From Candidatus Terraquivivens yellowstonensis (GTDB lineage: Archaea; Thermoproteota; Nitrososphaeria_A; Caldarchaeales; Wolframiiraptoraceae), in contig JAKCEW010000001.1 in the NCBI GenBank assembly GCA_023539445.1, positions 75,484 through 139,483 on the forward strand: a DNA stretch of 64,000 nucleotides. Reading direction: 5' to 3'. The notes below the pieces were generated by a model. That model saw nothing but the letters and a program-made list of their open reading frames with translations, ran no database searches and had not been told where the DNA came from. Made by a program: the position numbers and the translations under genes. Each line of letters opens with the position of its first letter. Position 1 is the stretch's first letter. Of this stretch, positions 28,663 through 38,155 are shown piece after piece.

Positions 28663-29475
28663 ATGATAGTGGTTAAGGCTGGCGGAAGAGCTCTGATGCA
28701 GAATAGGGACAAGATCTTAGATAGCATAGCTCTGAGGGCGAACAGGGGCATAATTTTTGTGCATGGCGGCGGCGATATAGTCTCAGAATACTCCAAGAGG
28801 ATGGGCATAGAACCTAAATTCGTTACATCGCCACAGGGCATAAGAAGCAGATACACCGACGAGAATGAAATGGACGTCTACAATATGGTGATGTCGGGTA
28901 AGCTTAACAAGGAGATAGTTTCGTATCTTGAAAAGCGAGGGGTCAGAACTGTTGGAATAAGTGGCGTTGATGCGGGTGTATTGAAGGCTGAGAGGAAGAA
29001 GAAAATAGTAGTGGTTGATGAGCGCGGAAGAAAGAGGATTATAGACGGTGGTTATACCGGGACAATAATTTCCGTGAATGAAGAGCTACCTCGGTTACTC
29101 GTAGAACAGGGGTATGTTGTTGTCATATCGCCAGTTGCGTTGGGCACCGAGGGGGAGCTCTTAAACGTTGACGGTGACCAAGCCGCCGCGGCGATAGCAA
29201 GGGCTTTGAGGGCTGAAGTCCTAGTGATACTGACGGACGTGGAGGGTCTGATTTTAGACGGACAGCTTATACGCGAGATAACACCCCGGGAAGCGCGTGA
29301 ACTTCTGCCCAAAATAGGTGCTGGCATGAACAGAAAGGTGATGTTGGCGGCCGAAGCCGTCGAGGCGGGCGTTGAGCGCTGTATAATATGCTCGGGTCTC
29401 GTCGAAGAACCCCTCTCCGTACTCGAGCACGAGCACGGTACGGTAGTAAGTATGCGCGACTTTCAGCAATTGTAG
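28663..29475 (+). CDS. lysZ: LysZ/ArgB: [LysW]-aminoadipate/glutamate kinase (acetylglutamate kinase family)
   Basis: MIVVKAGGRAL...IFVHGGG is the amino-acid kinase N-terminus. Confidence 0.85.
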   Translation: MIVVKAGGRALMQNRDKILDSIALRANRGIIFVHGGGDIVSEYSKRMGIEPKFVTSPQGIRSRYTDENEMDVYNMVMSGKLNKEIVSYLEKRGVRTVGISGVDAGVLKAERKKKIVVVDERGRKRIIDGGYTGTIISVNEELPRLLVEQGYVVVISPVALGTEGELLNVDGDQAAAAIARALRAEVLVILTDVEGLILDGQLIREITPREARELLPKIGAGMNRKVMLAAEAVEAGVERCIICSGLVEEPLSVLEHEHGTVVSMRDFQQL

Positions 29476-29613
29476 AATCCAATTACGCTTTATGTCGAAA
29501 ATATATCCGAATATCGTATTTTTAGTCCGAAATACTGGCCTCATTACATAAAAATTAAAACATTTATACAACTTTTGCTACGAAAAATGTAGCAACACTG
29601 CGGGGTTAGAAGT

Positions 29614-29787
29614 ATGGTAAAGGTTACGTGTCCGATATGTGGCGGTAAGTTGGACATACCCGAAGACTCCTTACCGGGCGAGCTCTTCGAGCATGAAGAG
29701 TGCGGTGCCCACCTAGAGCTTGTTATAAACGAAGGAAAGTTCGAGTTAAAGCTGGCCGAGGAGATAGCAGAAGACTGGGGACAGTGA
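29614..29787 (+). CDS. lysW: Amino-group carrier protein LysW
   Basis: It is absent from the ORF track because it is 57 aa. MVKVTCPICGGKLDIPEDSLPGELFEHEECGAHLELVINEGKFELKLAEEIAEDWGQ has the Zn ribbon CPxCG...CxxH and the C-terminal EDWGQ tail used for gamma-carboxyl attachment. Confidence 0.85.
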   Translation: MVKVTCPICGGKLDIPEDSLPGELFEHEECGAHLELVINEGKFELKLAEEIAEDWGQ

Positions 29788-29794
29788 AACTCTA

Positions 29795-30640
29795 TTGAGG
29801 GTTGGACTGGCATACGACATCATGAGATGGGAAGAGAAAGCCCTCGCGTATGCCGTCAAGGATTTAGGTTACACACTTGAACTCATCCACGTCCCAGAAT
29901 CTGTTTTCCACCTTACCGAACCTAACAACAAAGGACTCGATGTAGTCTTCGAAAGATGTGTAAGCTTCTACAGGGCTCTGGCCTCTTCGCTTACGTTACG
30001 GAATCAAGGAGTCACAGTTGTGAATGACTTCGAGATAATAAGGAACTGTGGCGATAAGATGTTTACAACGATGGTACTCGCAAATAAAGGTGTGCCCGTG
30101 CCAAGGACGATGATAGCTTTCGACAAGGTAAGGGCGCTTGAGGCTGCAAAGATGATAGGGTATCCTGTCGTGGTAAAGCCGATATATGGGAGCTGGGGTC
30201 GGATGATAGCTAAGGCCGATGACGAGTCCTCGTTACTAGATATACTGGATTTTAGGGAAAACATGCCCTCGCCACACTTTCAGATACACTACATCCAAGA
30301 GTTCATCAGAAAGCCTGGAAGGGACATAAGAGCTTACTATGTGTGGGGAGAAGTTCCCGTTGCCATCTACAGAGTAAGTCAGAATTGGAAGACGAACACG
30401 GCGCTTGGCGCGAGGGCAGAGCCAGCCAACTTGGACGAGAGTACTAAGGAATTAGTCATAAAGGCAGGCGAAGCGATGGGCGGTGGTGTTTTGGGTGTTG
30501 ACTTGATGGAGGACGAAGACGGCAGGATATTGGTATCCGAAGTGAACGCTGTGGTTGAGTTCAAGAACACGGTTAGGGTTACCGGCTACGATCTACCTCG
30601 CAAAATAGTATCCTCGACGGTAGAAGTGTTAAAAAGATGA
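29795..30640 (+). CDS. lysX: LysX: RimK-family alpha-aminoadipate-LysW ligase (TTG start)
   Basis: It lies immediately downstream of lysW and has the ATP-grasp fold. The N-terminus LAYDIMRWEEK matches LysX. Confidence 0.8.
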   Translation: MRVGLAYDIMRWEEKALAYAVKDLGYTLELIHVPESVFHLTEPNNKGLDVVFERCVSFYRALASSLTLRNQGVTVVNDFEIIRNCGDKMFTTMVLANKGVPVPRTMIAFDKVRALEAAKMIGYPVVVKPIYGSWGRMIAKADDESSLLDILDFRENMPSPHFQIHYIQEFIRKPGRDIRAYYVWGEVPVAIYRVSQNWKTNTALGARAEPANLDESTKELVIKAGEAMGGGVLGVDLMEDEDGRILVSEVNAVVEFKNTVRVTGYDLPRKIVSSTVEVLKR

Positions 30641-31827
30641 GTTTGAAGATAATTCCGTTTGCCAAGCCACGGCTCCTTAGGCTATCAAGGGCTTATGGAC
30701 AGTATGTATGGGATGAAGTAGGGAGGAGGTACTTGGACTGTCACACGGGGCACGGTGTTGCTTTTCTTGGCCATAGGAATCCAAAGGTGGTGGAGAGTAT
30801 AAAGCGTCAGATGGAACTCATCATGACGGCTACACCAGCTTTCCAGACAGACATCGCCGACGAGGCTTTGTCGAAGCTTTCGAAGATACTTCCGAGCGAT
30901 ATGGACTATGTGTTCTTTCTGAACAGTGGGAGCGAGGCTGTTGAGCTTGCCATGAAGATCGCACGTAAGGTGACTGGAAGGAAGCGCTTCATAGCATTCA
31001 GGAACTCTTTTCATGGGAGAACGATGGGTGCCCTATCGGTCACTTGGAACCCGAAGTACAGAGAAGGTTACGATCCATTCCCATGGGAGACGAGATTCGT
31101 CCCTTACAACGACGTTGATGCAATAACATCAGAGGTCGACGAAAGCGTTGCCGCTGTGTTGTTCGAACCTGTCCAAGGCGAGGGTGGCTTAACCCCTGCT
31201 ACGCAAGAATTTGCAAAGGCTTTGATGGAGGCCTGCGAGAAGGCTGGAGCATTTCTCATAGTTGACGAGGTTCAGGCTGGTTTTGGTAGGACTGGTAAGA
31301 TCTGGGCACATGAGCACTTGAATATAAGGCCCGATATAATGGTCGCGGGTAAGTCAATAGGTGGGGGCTTCCCAGTAAGCGTAGTGGCGGTTAAAACATC
31401 AATAGGTGAGAGATTACGTGAAGGTGAGCACGGCTCTACGCATGGTGGAAATCCATTAGCGTTGGCCGCAATCTCAGGGGGCATAGATGCTTTGATTGGC
31501 GACTCCGTCCCATTAAAGGCCTCGCTCTCGGGAGAAAAGTTGTCTACAGAGCTGAAAAAGGTAGTGGAGTGTTGCGCCCATGTAGCACGTGGCGTCAAGG
31601 GGAAGGGACTTATGCTAGGGATAGAGTTAAGATTTCCTCCGGATGAGGTCATACGCGAATTGCAGATGAAGGGTTTGTTGTGCCTAAAGGCTGGAACTTC
31701 GGTTTTAAGACTGCTACCTCCCTACTTGATAACCGATGAGGATATAAAATTCTGCTCAGAAACCATCAAAGAGGTTTTGTCAGCCTGGAAACACGAAAGG
31801 GAGGTTCCGAAGCATGATGTCTGTTAA
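30637..31827 (+). CDS. lysJ: LysJ/ArgD: class III aminotransferase ([LysW]-aminoadipate semialdehyde / acetylornithine transaminase)
   Basis: PLP-dependent AT-III with LIVDEVQAGFGRTGK...MVAGKSIGGGFP. Confidence 0.85.
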   Translation: MSLKIIPFAKPRLLRLSRAYGQYVWDEVGRRYLDCHTGHGVAFLGHRNPKVVESIKRQMELIMTATPAFQTDIADEALSKLSKILPSDMDYVFFLNSGSEAVELAMKIARKVTGRKRFIAFRNSFHGRTMGALSVTWNPKYREGYDPFPWETRFVPYNDVDAITSEVDESVAAVLFEPVQGEGGLTPATQEFAKALMEACEKAGAFLIVDEVQAGFGRTGKIWAHEHLNIRPDIMVAGKSIGGGFPVSVVAVKTSIGERLREGEHGSTHGGNPLALAAISGGIDALIGDSVPLKASLSGEKLSTELKKVVECCAHVARGVKGKGLMLGIELRFPPDEVIRELQMKGLLCLKAGTSVLRLLPPYLITDEDIKFCSETIKEVLSAWKHEREVPKHDVC

Positions 31828-32878
31828 CGAAGTAAGGGATATGTTCCTTCGGATTTTAGATATTTACACACCTTCTGGCGAAGAGTGGAAGCTACATGAA
31901 CCGCTCCAAGATATATGCTCACGTCTGGGTTACGAAAATTACGGCGTGGACAAGGTAGGCAATTTTATCGCAGAATACGGCTCCGGAAAAACTATCCTGC
32001 TTGCCGGCCACATGGATACAGTCCCAGGTAGGCTTGAGGTAAAAGTTTCAAACGATGAGGTCTGGGGCAGAGGTGCCGTCGATGCTAAGGGACCTCTTAT
32101 GGCAATGCTCCTAGGCGCTGCCAAGGCTAAAGACAGCGTTAAGGGTGTTAGAGTCGTTGTAGCATGTCTTGTCGATGAGGAAAGGGAAGGCAAGGGTGCA
32201 AATTATTTAGTAAATTCTGGCTTCAAGGCCGACCACATAATAATTGGCGAACCTACTGGGACTACCGGTGTTGCAATAGGTTATAGAGGGAGCCTAACGG
32301 TTAGAGTTAACGTATCAGCAAGCGGTGGTCACAGTAGCGCACCATATATGGGGGAATCAGCACTCGATAAGTTCTTCGCCCTTTGGGAAGAAATTAAGCG
32401 CAACTTCTCGGGCAGAGGTTATGACGAGACTTCGGCATGCATAACTGTTTTAGAGGCCGGAGATTGGCCGACGAAACTTCCAGAGTTCGTGAAGGCCGTT
32501 ATCAACATAAGGATTCCGTGTAATATGTTTTCGAAGCAAATATTGAGCAAACTTGAAGAGCTATGTTTGGAACATGGTTGCGAACTTTCAGTCCTAGAAA
32601 GGACAGAGCCTGTCAAGGTTAGCCTGTCCAGCCCAGTCCCTAGGTCTTTGATTAGGAGCATGTTGAAAATGGGTATGAAGCCGAAGGCCGTAATGAAGAC
32701 CGGGACGAGCGATATGAACGTAATCTACAAAATATCACCGGATATAGCGGCCTATGGGCCTGGAGACTCCCTTCTGGCACACACTACGTTGGAGAGAATC
32801 CCCATAAAGGATATTTTAACCGCAGCAGAAGTTTACAAGAATTGCATACTCGAACTCGCATCTATTGACCAAACCTGA
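31814..32878 (+). CDS. lysK: LysK/ArgE: M20-family [LysW]-lysine/ornithine hydrolase
   Basis: M20 peptidase metal ligands (AGHMDTVPG...GAVDAKG...EE). Confidence 0.8.
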   Translation: MMSVNEVRDMFLRILDIYTPSGEEWKLHEPLQDICSRLGYENYGVDKVGNFIAEYGSGKTILLAGHMDTVPGRLEVKVSNDEVWGRGAVDAKGPLMAMLLGAAKAKDSVKGVRVVVACLVDEEREGKGANYLVNSGFKADHIIIGEPTGTTGVAIGYRGSLTVRVNVSASGGHSSAPYMGESALDKFFALWEEIKRNFSGRGYDETSACITVLEAGDWPTKLPEFVKAVINIRIPCNMFSKQILSKLEELCLEHGCELSVLERTEPVKVSLSSPVPRSLIRSMLKMGMKPKAVMKTGTSDMNVIYKISPDIAAYGPGDSLLAHTTLERIPIKDILTAAEVYKNCILELASIDQT

Positions 32879-32965
32879 TGAGTAAGTGCCCATCACACAA
32901 GCCTTTTTTAGAAGTACTCACGACCTTGCTATGAAACTGCCAGTATTCAATGAGGGTGGCCTGCA

Positions 32966-34402
32966 TTGCACAGAAAAGGTAGAATCGAACGTGAGTTTGA
33001 CATAGATGCAGCCAAGTACATTTCATCACTTCACTTTGATAAGGAGATACTGGAAAGTGTTATCTTGGTAAACATAACGCATGTGAAGCTTCTGGAGAAA
33101 ATAGGTGTAATACCCTCGGACCTTGCTGAGAAAGCTGAAAGATATCTCCAAGAGATGTTAACAAAACCGCCAAGTCTGGATGATCCAAGATATGAGGATG
33201 TGCATATGGTGATTGAAGCCGAATTAACAAAATACGTACCTCAAATCGGTGCATCGCTTGCTCTCGGTAAGAGCAGAAACGACGCAGTCGTCACGGCAAT
33301 AAAGCTCAGACTTAAGGAGAGGCTTTTGAACTTTCATGAATGTTGTATAACGTTCTGCGAAGCTCTGTTGAGAAAAGCATTGGAAGAATCCGGGACGATA
33401 TTTCCCGTCTATACGCATTTGCAGAGGGCCGCACCAGCAACATTTGGATTCGTCATGCACTCTTATGCGATCAGGCTTCTTAAGGCACTCCAACATGTAA
33501 AAATGGTTTACGAATTGGTCGATGAATCACCACTTGGCTCGGCAGCAGTCGCGGGAACCAGCGTGCCTTTGGATAGAGAGTATGCGTCCTCGCTTCTGGG
33601 TTTCAGTAAGGTAAGTCAAAATGCACTCGAGTCCACGACATCAAGAGACTTTATAATAGAGGCACTCTCGTGCTTAAGTATTATCGCTCTCATATTGTCA
33701 TCCTTATCCGAAGAGTTGGTGGTCTTTAGCTCGGAAGAGTTTGGTCTTATAGAGTTCCCCGAAGAGTTCTCGGCTACAAGTAGCATCATGCCCCAGAAGC
33801 GTAACCCTGTGGTCGCGGAAATAGCAAGGACAAAAGTCTCAGAGTTATTGGGGCTATTAACATCTGTCGTCATGATGGGTACAAGGCAGGTTAGTGGTTA
33901 CAACCTTGATCTCCAGCAGATAACTCCAAAATTATGGCAGGCATTTGAAATTATGGAAGAAACTTTACATGTAATGACAAAACTCATACCAAACCTAAAA
34001 GTCAATGAGGATAGATGTATGGCCGCATGTAGCCCGCCGACGGGCATCGTGGAGGTTGCAAATCATCTCTCCTTAAAATACGGTGTGCCTTTCCGCAATG
34101 CCCATGCATTCGCAGGTAGGATCAGCAAGCTTATGTATGAGGGGGGCCTCAATGAAGCCTCGCTCCAAAAAACTAAAGCAGAATTTAACATAGAAGCTCC
34201 CCTAACCCTCGAGGATGTTATGAAACTAATGGAACCAATAAGGGTTGTGTACTCCTACACAACGATCGGCTCAGCCAACCCAGAGTTGGTAAAGCGCGCC
34301 GTGGAAGATAGCATGATGGACCTCGAGGAAGAAAAAAGATGGGCGCGAAATAAAAGGGCGCGCCTCGAATTTGCCTTAAATAAGTTAAAAGGACGGGATT
34401 AG
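32966..34402 (+). CDS. argH: Argininosuccinate lyase
   Basis: Fumarate-lyase signature SSIMPQKRNP plus GKSRNDAV; 478 aa. Confidence 0.9.
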   Translation: MHRKGRIEREFDIDAAKYISSLHFDKEILESVILVNITHVKLLEKIGVIPSDLAEKAERYLQEMLTKPPSLDDPRYEDVHMVIEAELTKYVPQIGASLALGKSRNDAVVTAIKLRLKERLLNFHECCITFCEALLRKALEESGTIFPVYTHLQRAAPATFGFVMHSYAIRLLKALQHVKMVYELVDESPLGSAAVAGTSVPLDREYASSLLGFSKVSQNALESTTSRDFIIEALSCLSIIALILSSLSEELVVFSSEEFGLIEFPEEFSATSSIMPQKRNPVVAEIARTKVSELLGLLTSVVMMGTRQVSGYNLDLQQITPKLWQAFEIMEETLHVMTKLIPNLKVNEDRCMAACSPPTGIVEVANHLSLKYGVPFRNAHAFAGRISKLMYEGGLNEASLQKTKAEFNIEAPLTLEDVMKLMEPIRVVYSYTTIGSANPELVKRAVEDSMMDLEEEKRWARNKRARLEFALNKLKGRD

Positions 34403-34518
34403 ACGCAAAAACTCTAATAACTGTTGGGACATGCTATTGAAGATTTATTAATAACCTAAGCTAGTTTCCAAACTTAGATTTGATAATTGATTTGTCCATC
34501 TCTGGAGGAGCATCATAG

Positions 34519-34794
34519 ATGACCGATAAGACTAAACCCTCAGAACAAGAAAAAACCCAAACATTTTCACCTACTAAACACGTTTTAGTTCCAAAACATG
34601 AAATAATGACAAAGGAAGAGGTGGAGGAACTGTTAAAGAAATACCGCATAACCCCTCAACAGCTTCCCTACATTCTGGCCTCGGACCCAATCGTTAGGGA
34701 AATAGGCGCAAAGCCGGGTGATGTAATAAGGATTATAAGACAGACCGAAACTGCTGGAAGGTCTGTCTATTATAGACTGGTTGTGAGGGAGTGA
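34519..34794 (+). CDS. rpoH: DNA-directed RNA polymerase subunit H (Rpo5)
   Basis: HVLVPKHEIMTKEEVEELLKKYRI...YILASDPIVREIGAKPGDVIRIIR is RpoH. Confidence 0.85.
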   Translation: MTDKTKPSEQEKTQTFSPTKHVLVPKHEIMTKEEVEELLKKYRITPQQLPYILASDPIVREIGAKPGDVIRIIRQTETAGRSVYYRLVVRE

Positions 34795-34797
34795 GAG

Positions 34798-37700
34798 ATG
34801 CAGAAAGAGAAAGACCACAAGCTTACCGTAGAAGATCTTTGGTACGTCGCTAGGAGTTTCATAGAAGAAGAAGGATTGGTTCAGCACCAAATCAGATCAT
34901 ACAACTATTTTGTTAGAAAGGGTCTCCAAGACCTTGTCAACTCTTTAGAAGTTCAGGAAATTAAGACGAAGCACGGAACGCTGACCTTCAAGTTTGGGAC
35001 GATAGAAATAGGCAAACCACGCATTATCGAAATAGACGGAACAATTAACGACAACATAACGCCTGCCGAATGTAGGCTTAGGAAGCTTACGTACGCGGCA
35101 CCGTTATACGCTAAGATGAATTTGTATTTAGACGGTAGGCTTCTGTCGTCGGAAAATGTAGAGGTTGGAATAATACCGGTGATGGTAAAGAGCGACATAT
35201 GCCCATTATCAAAGATGACCCACGAGGAGCTATTGGCTATAGGCGAAGACCCGATGGACCCAGGGGGTTATTTCATAATCAACGGCTCGGAGCGTGTAAT
35301 AGTTGCTATAGAGGATCTAGCACCTAACAAGATACTCGTAACGGAAAAGGACGTTGGCGGTAAGCCACAATACTCCGCTGTCGTGCTATCTTCTGCGTTT
35401 GGCAGACAGGCTAAAGTCGAGGTTACATACAGAGAGGGTGGCCCGATAAGGGTTTTCTTCTCAAGAATCTACAAAGGCATACCCATCATAATCCTTCTCA
35501 GAGCATTGGGTATGACAAACGACAGAGAGATCGTAAACTTCGTATCACCGGTGAAGGAAGTCCAAGAACTGCTGGAGCTCCCCTTCAAGGAAGCAGAAGG
35601 AATAGAGACCGTCGAGGATGCCCTGAAGTACATAGGCAACAAGATAGCATTTGGATATGCTGAAGAGTATAGGGTGCAAAGGGCTGAGCAGCTGATAGAC
35701 AACGTTCTGCTACCGCATATCGGGACGGATAAAGCATCGAGATATCTTAAGGCAATATTCTTATGCGACATGATGGGCAGGGTACTCGAGACCAGTTTGG
35801 GTCTTAGGAAGCCCAGTGATAAGGACCATTATGCCAACAAACGTGTGAAGCTCGCAACGCCCCTGTTAATGGAGCTGTATAGGATGGCATTCCTGAAGCT
35901 CATAAGGGATATAAGGTATCAGCTGGAAAAGTTGCTAACCATAAGACAGCCGACATCGATATCAACGTTTGTCAGGCCAGGAATAGTTGCCGACTTCGTT
36001 AAGCATGCCTTTGCAACCGGAAACTGGCCCGGTGGTAGGGTTGGTGTGACACAGTTGTTGAACAGGACCAACTACTTGGCGACATTGAGTCATCTGAGAA
36101 GGGTGCAGTCACCTTTGAGTAGAAGCCAGCCGCATTTTGAGGCAAGAGACCTCCACGGAACACATTGGGGTAGGATATGTCCTGCCGAGACGCCTGAAGG
36201 TAGTAACTGTGGTCTTGTCAAGAACCTAGCTCTATCGGCAGAGTTCTCATTCCCCATGAATAAGCGCGAAGTTTTGGACAAACTCTATACACTTGGTGTT
36301 ATGCCCTTAAGCGAAGCCATAAACAGGAAAAAATTCTTGCCTGCGAAGGTATTCGTTGATGGTTTGTTGGTGGGCTTCCATCCCAATGGGCAGGAACTCG
36401 TCACAGATCTCAGAAACCTGAGAAGGAATGGTGAGATAAACAATAACGTGAATGTTGCGCTTTATAATTACAAACACGTGCAAGAGGTCTGGATAAATAC
36501 CGATGAGGGTAGGGTTAGAAGACCGTTAATAATTGTCGAAAAAGGTGTGCCGAGACTAAACCGCAATCATGTAGAGGCTATAAAGAATAGAATATCTAGG
36601 TTCAGAGACCTCGTGTCAATGGGCATCATCGAATTCTTGGATGCGGAGGAAGAGGAGAATGCGTTTGTCGCATTAACGCCGGACGCTGTAACGCCTGAGC
36701 ATACTCATATGGAGATATCTCCTTACTTGATGTTAGGCATCGTTGCATCAATAATTCCGTACGCTCAACACAACCAGTCTCCAAGGAACGTTTATGAGTG
36801 TGCTATGGGAAAGCAGGCCTTAGGCTTCTTTGCCTCGAATTACGAGATAAGAACGGACTCTAGGATGCACCTGTTGGTCTATCCCCAGAAGCCCCTCGTT
36901 ACGACAAGATCCGTAGATTTGATAGGCCTTAACAATAGACCGATAGGCCAGAATATGGTGGTCGCGATACTGTCAGCTCAGGGCTACAACATGGAAGATG
37001 CCGTCGTACTCAATAAATCGTCCGTAGAGAGAGGGTTAGGTCTTTCCTTAAGTTACAGAACGTATGAGGTAGAATCGAGACAATACCTTGGTGGTCAGAA
37101 GGATAAATTTGGTATACCCGAACCCAGCGTAAGAGGCTATAAGGGTGAGCAATACTACAGAATATTGGACGCGGACGGTCTAGCCCATATAGAGGCCGAC
37201 GTGAGCGGGAATATGGTAATAGTTGGTGTCATAAGCCCGCCGAGGTTCATGGAGGAATACACGCGTGCACCGGCAAGGGAAATGGTTTGGAGGGATGCAT
37301 CCGAAGTTGTTAGGCAATCTGAGAGCGGCGTCGTCGACCAAATATTCATAACTAGGACGGATGAGGGTAACAAGCTTGTAAAGGCAAGGGTAAGGACCAC
37401 GTGCTTTGTTGAGATAGGTGACAAGTTTTCATCGAGGCACGGACAGAAGGGCGTCGTTGGTATGCTCTTCCCGCAAGAGGATATGCCATACACTGAGGAT
37501 GGTATAGTGCCCGATCTGATAATAAACCCGCATGCATTCCCCTCGAGAATGACAATCGGTCAACTTATCGAGAGTATAGCAGGAAAGGTCGCCGCTATAA
37601 AGGCTGAACCAGTTGATGGAACGCCCTTCCTTGGAAAGAAGCTTGAGGAATTAAGGGCAGAACTTGAGGCTTTAGGTTTCAAGAGCTCAGGGACATCTGT

Positions 37701-38154
37701 GATGTATGATGGCTTGACTGGTAAGAAGTTTGAAGCTGAAATCTTTATCGGTGTGGTTTACTATCAGAGATTACACCACCTCGTCAGGGATAAAATACAC
37801 GCGAGAGCACGTGGACAGGTGCAGCTATTGACTCGGCAGCCGACTGAGGGAAGGGCTAGGGGTGGTGGTTTGAAGTTTGGAGAGATGGAGCGTGACTGCC
37901 TAGTCGCACATGGAGCTGCCTACTTGCTTTTGGATAGATTACTCGAGCAATCCGACAAATACACCGCATACTTCTGTGAAAAATGTGGCTTACCTGCCTA
38001 CTACGACCTCAAACAAGAGCGTTTTGTATGCAAAGTGTGCGGAAAGGAGGCAAGCATAAAGCCCGTCGTTATGTCGTATGCGTTCTACCTTCTACTGAAC
38101 GAGTTGTTAAGCATGTGTATTTATCCAAAAGTGAAATTGGAGGAGTTGGTGTAG
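34798..38154 (+). CDS. rpoB: DNA-directed RNA polymerase subunit B (Rpo2), unsplit
   Basis: 1118 aa, full-length B including the C-terminal Zn ribbon CEKCG...CKVCG. Confidence 0.95.
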   Translation: MQKEKDHKLTVEDLWYVARSFIEEEGLVQHQIRSYNYFVRKGLQDLVNSLEVQEIKTKHGTLTFKFGTIEIGKPRIIEIDGTINDNITPAECRLRKLTYAAPLYAKMNLYLDGRLLSSENVEVGIIPVMVKSDICPLSKMTHEELLAIGEDPMDPGGYFIINGSERVIVAIEDLAPNKILVTEKDVGGKPQYSAVVLSSAFGRQAKVEVTYREGGPIRVFFSRIYKGIPIIILLRALGMTNDREIVNFVSPVKEVQELLELPFKEAEGIETVEDALKYIGNKIAFGYAEEYRVQRAEQLIDNVLLPHIGTDKASRYLKAIFLCDMMGRVLETSLGLRKPSDKDHYANKRVKLATPLLMELYRMAFLKLIRDIRYQLEKLLTIRQPTSISTFVRPGIVADFVKHAFATGNWPGGRVGVTQLLNRTNYLATLSHLRRVQSPLSRSQPHFEARDLHGTHWGRICPAETPEGSNCGLVKNLALSAEFSFPMNKREVLDKLYTLGVMPLSEAINRKKFLPAKVFVDGLLVGFHPNGQELVTDLRNLRRNGEINNNVNVALYNYKHVQEVWINTDEGRVRRPLIIVEKGVPRLNRNHVEAIKNRISRFRDLVSMGIIEFLDAEEEENAFVALTPDAVTPEHTHMEISPYLMLGIVASIIPYAQHNQSPRNVYECAMGKQALGFFASNYEIRTDSRMHLLVYPQKPLVTTRSVDLIGLNNRPIGQNMVVAILSAQGYNMEDAVVLNKSSVERGLGLSLSYRTYEVESRQYLGGQKDKFGIPEPSVRGYKGEQYYRILDADGLAHIEADVSGNMVIVGVISPPRFMEEYTRAPAREMVWRDASEVVRQSESGVVDQIFITRTDEGNKLVKARVRTTCFVEIGDKFSSRHGQKGVVGMLFPQEDMPYTEDGIVPDLIINPHAFPSRMTIGQLIESIAGKVAAIKAEPVDGTPFLGKKLEELRAELEALGFKSSGTSVMYDGLTGKKFEAEIFIGVVYYQRLHHLVRDKIHARARGQVQLLTRQPTEGRARGGGLKFGEMERDCLVAHGAAYLLLDRLLEQSDKYTAYFCEKCGLPAYYDLKQERFVCKVCGKEASIKPVVMSYAFYLLLNELLSMCIYPKVKLEELV

Positions 38155-38155
38155 T

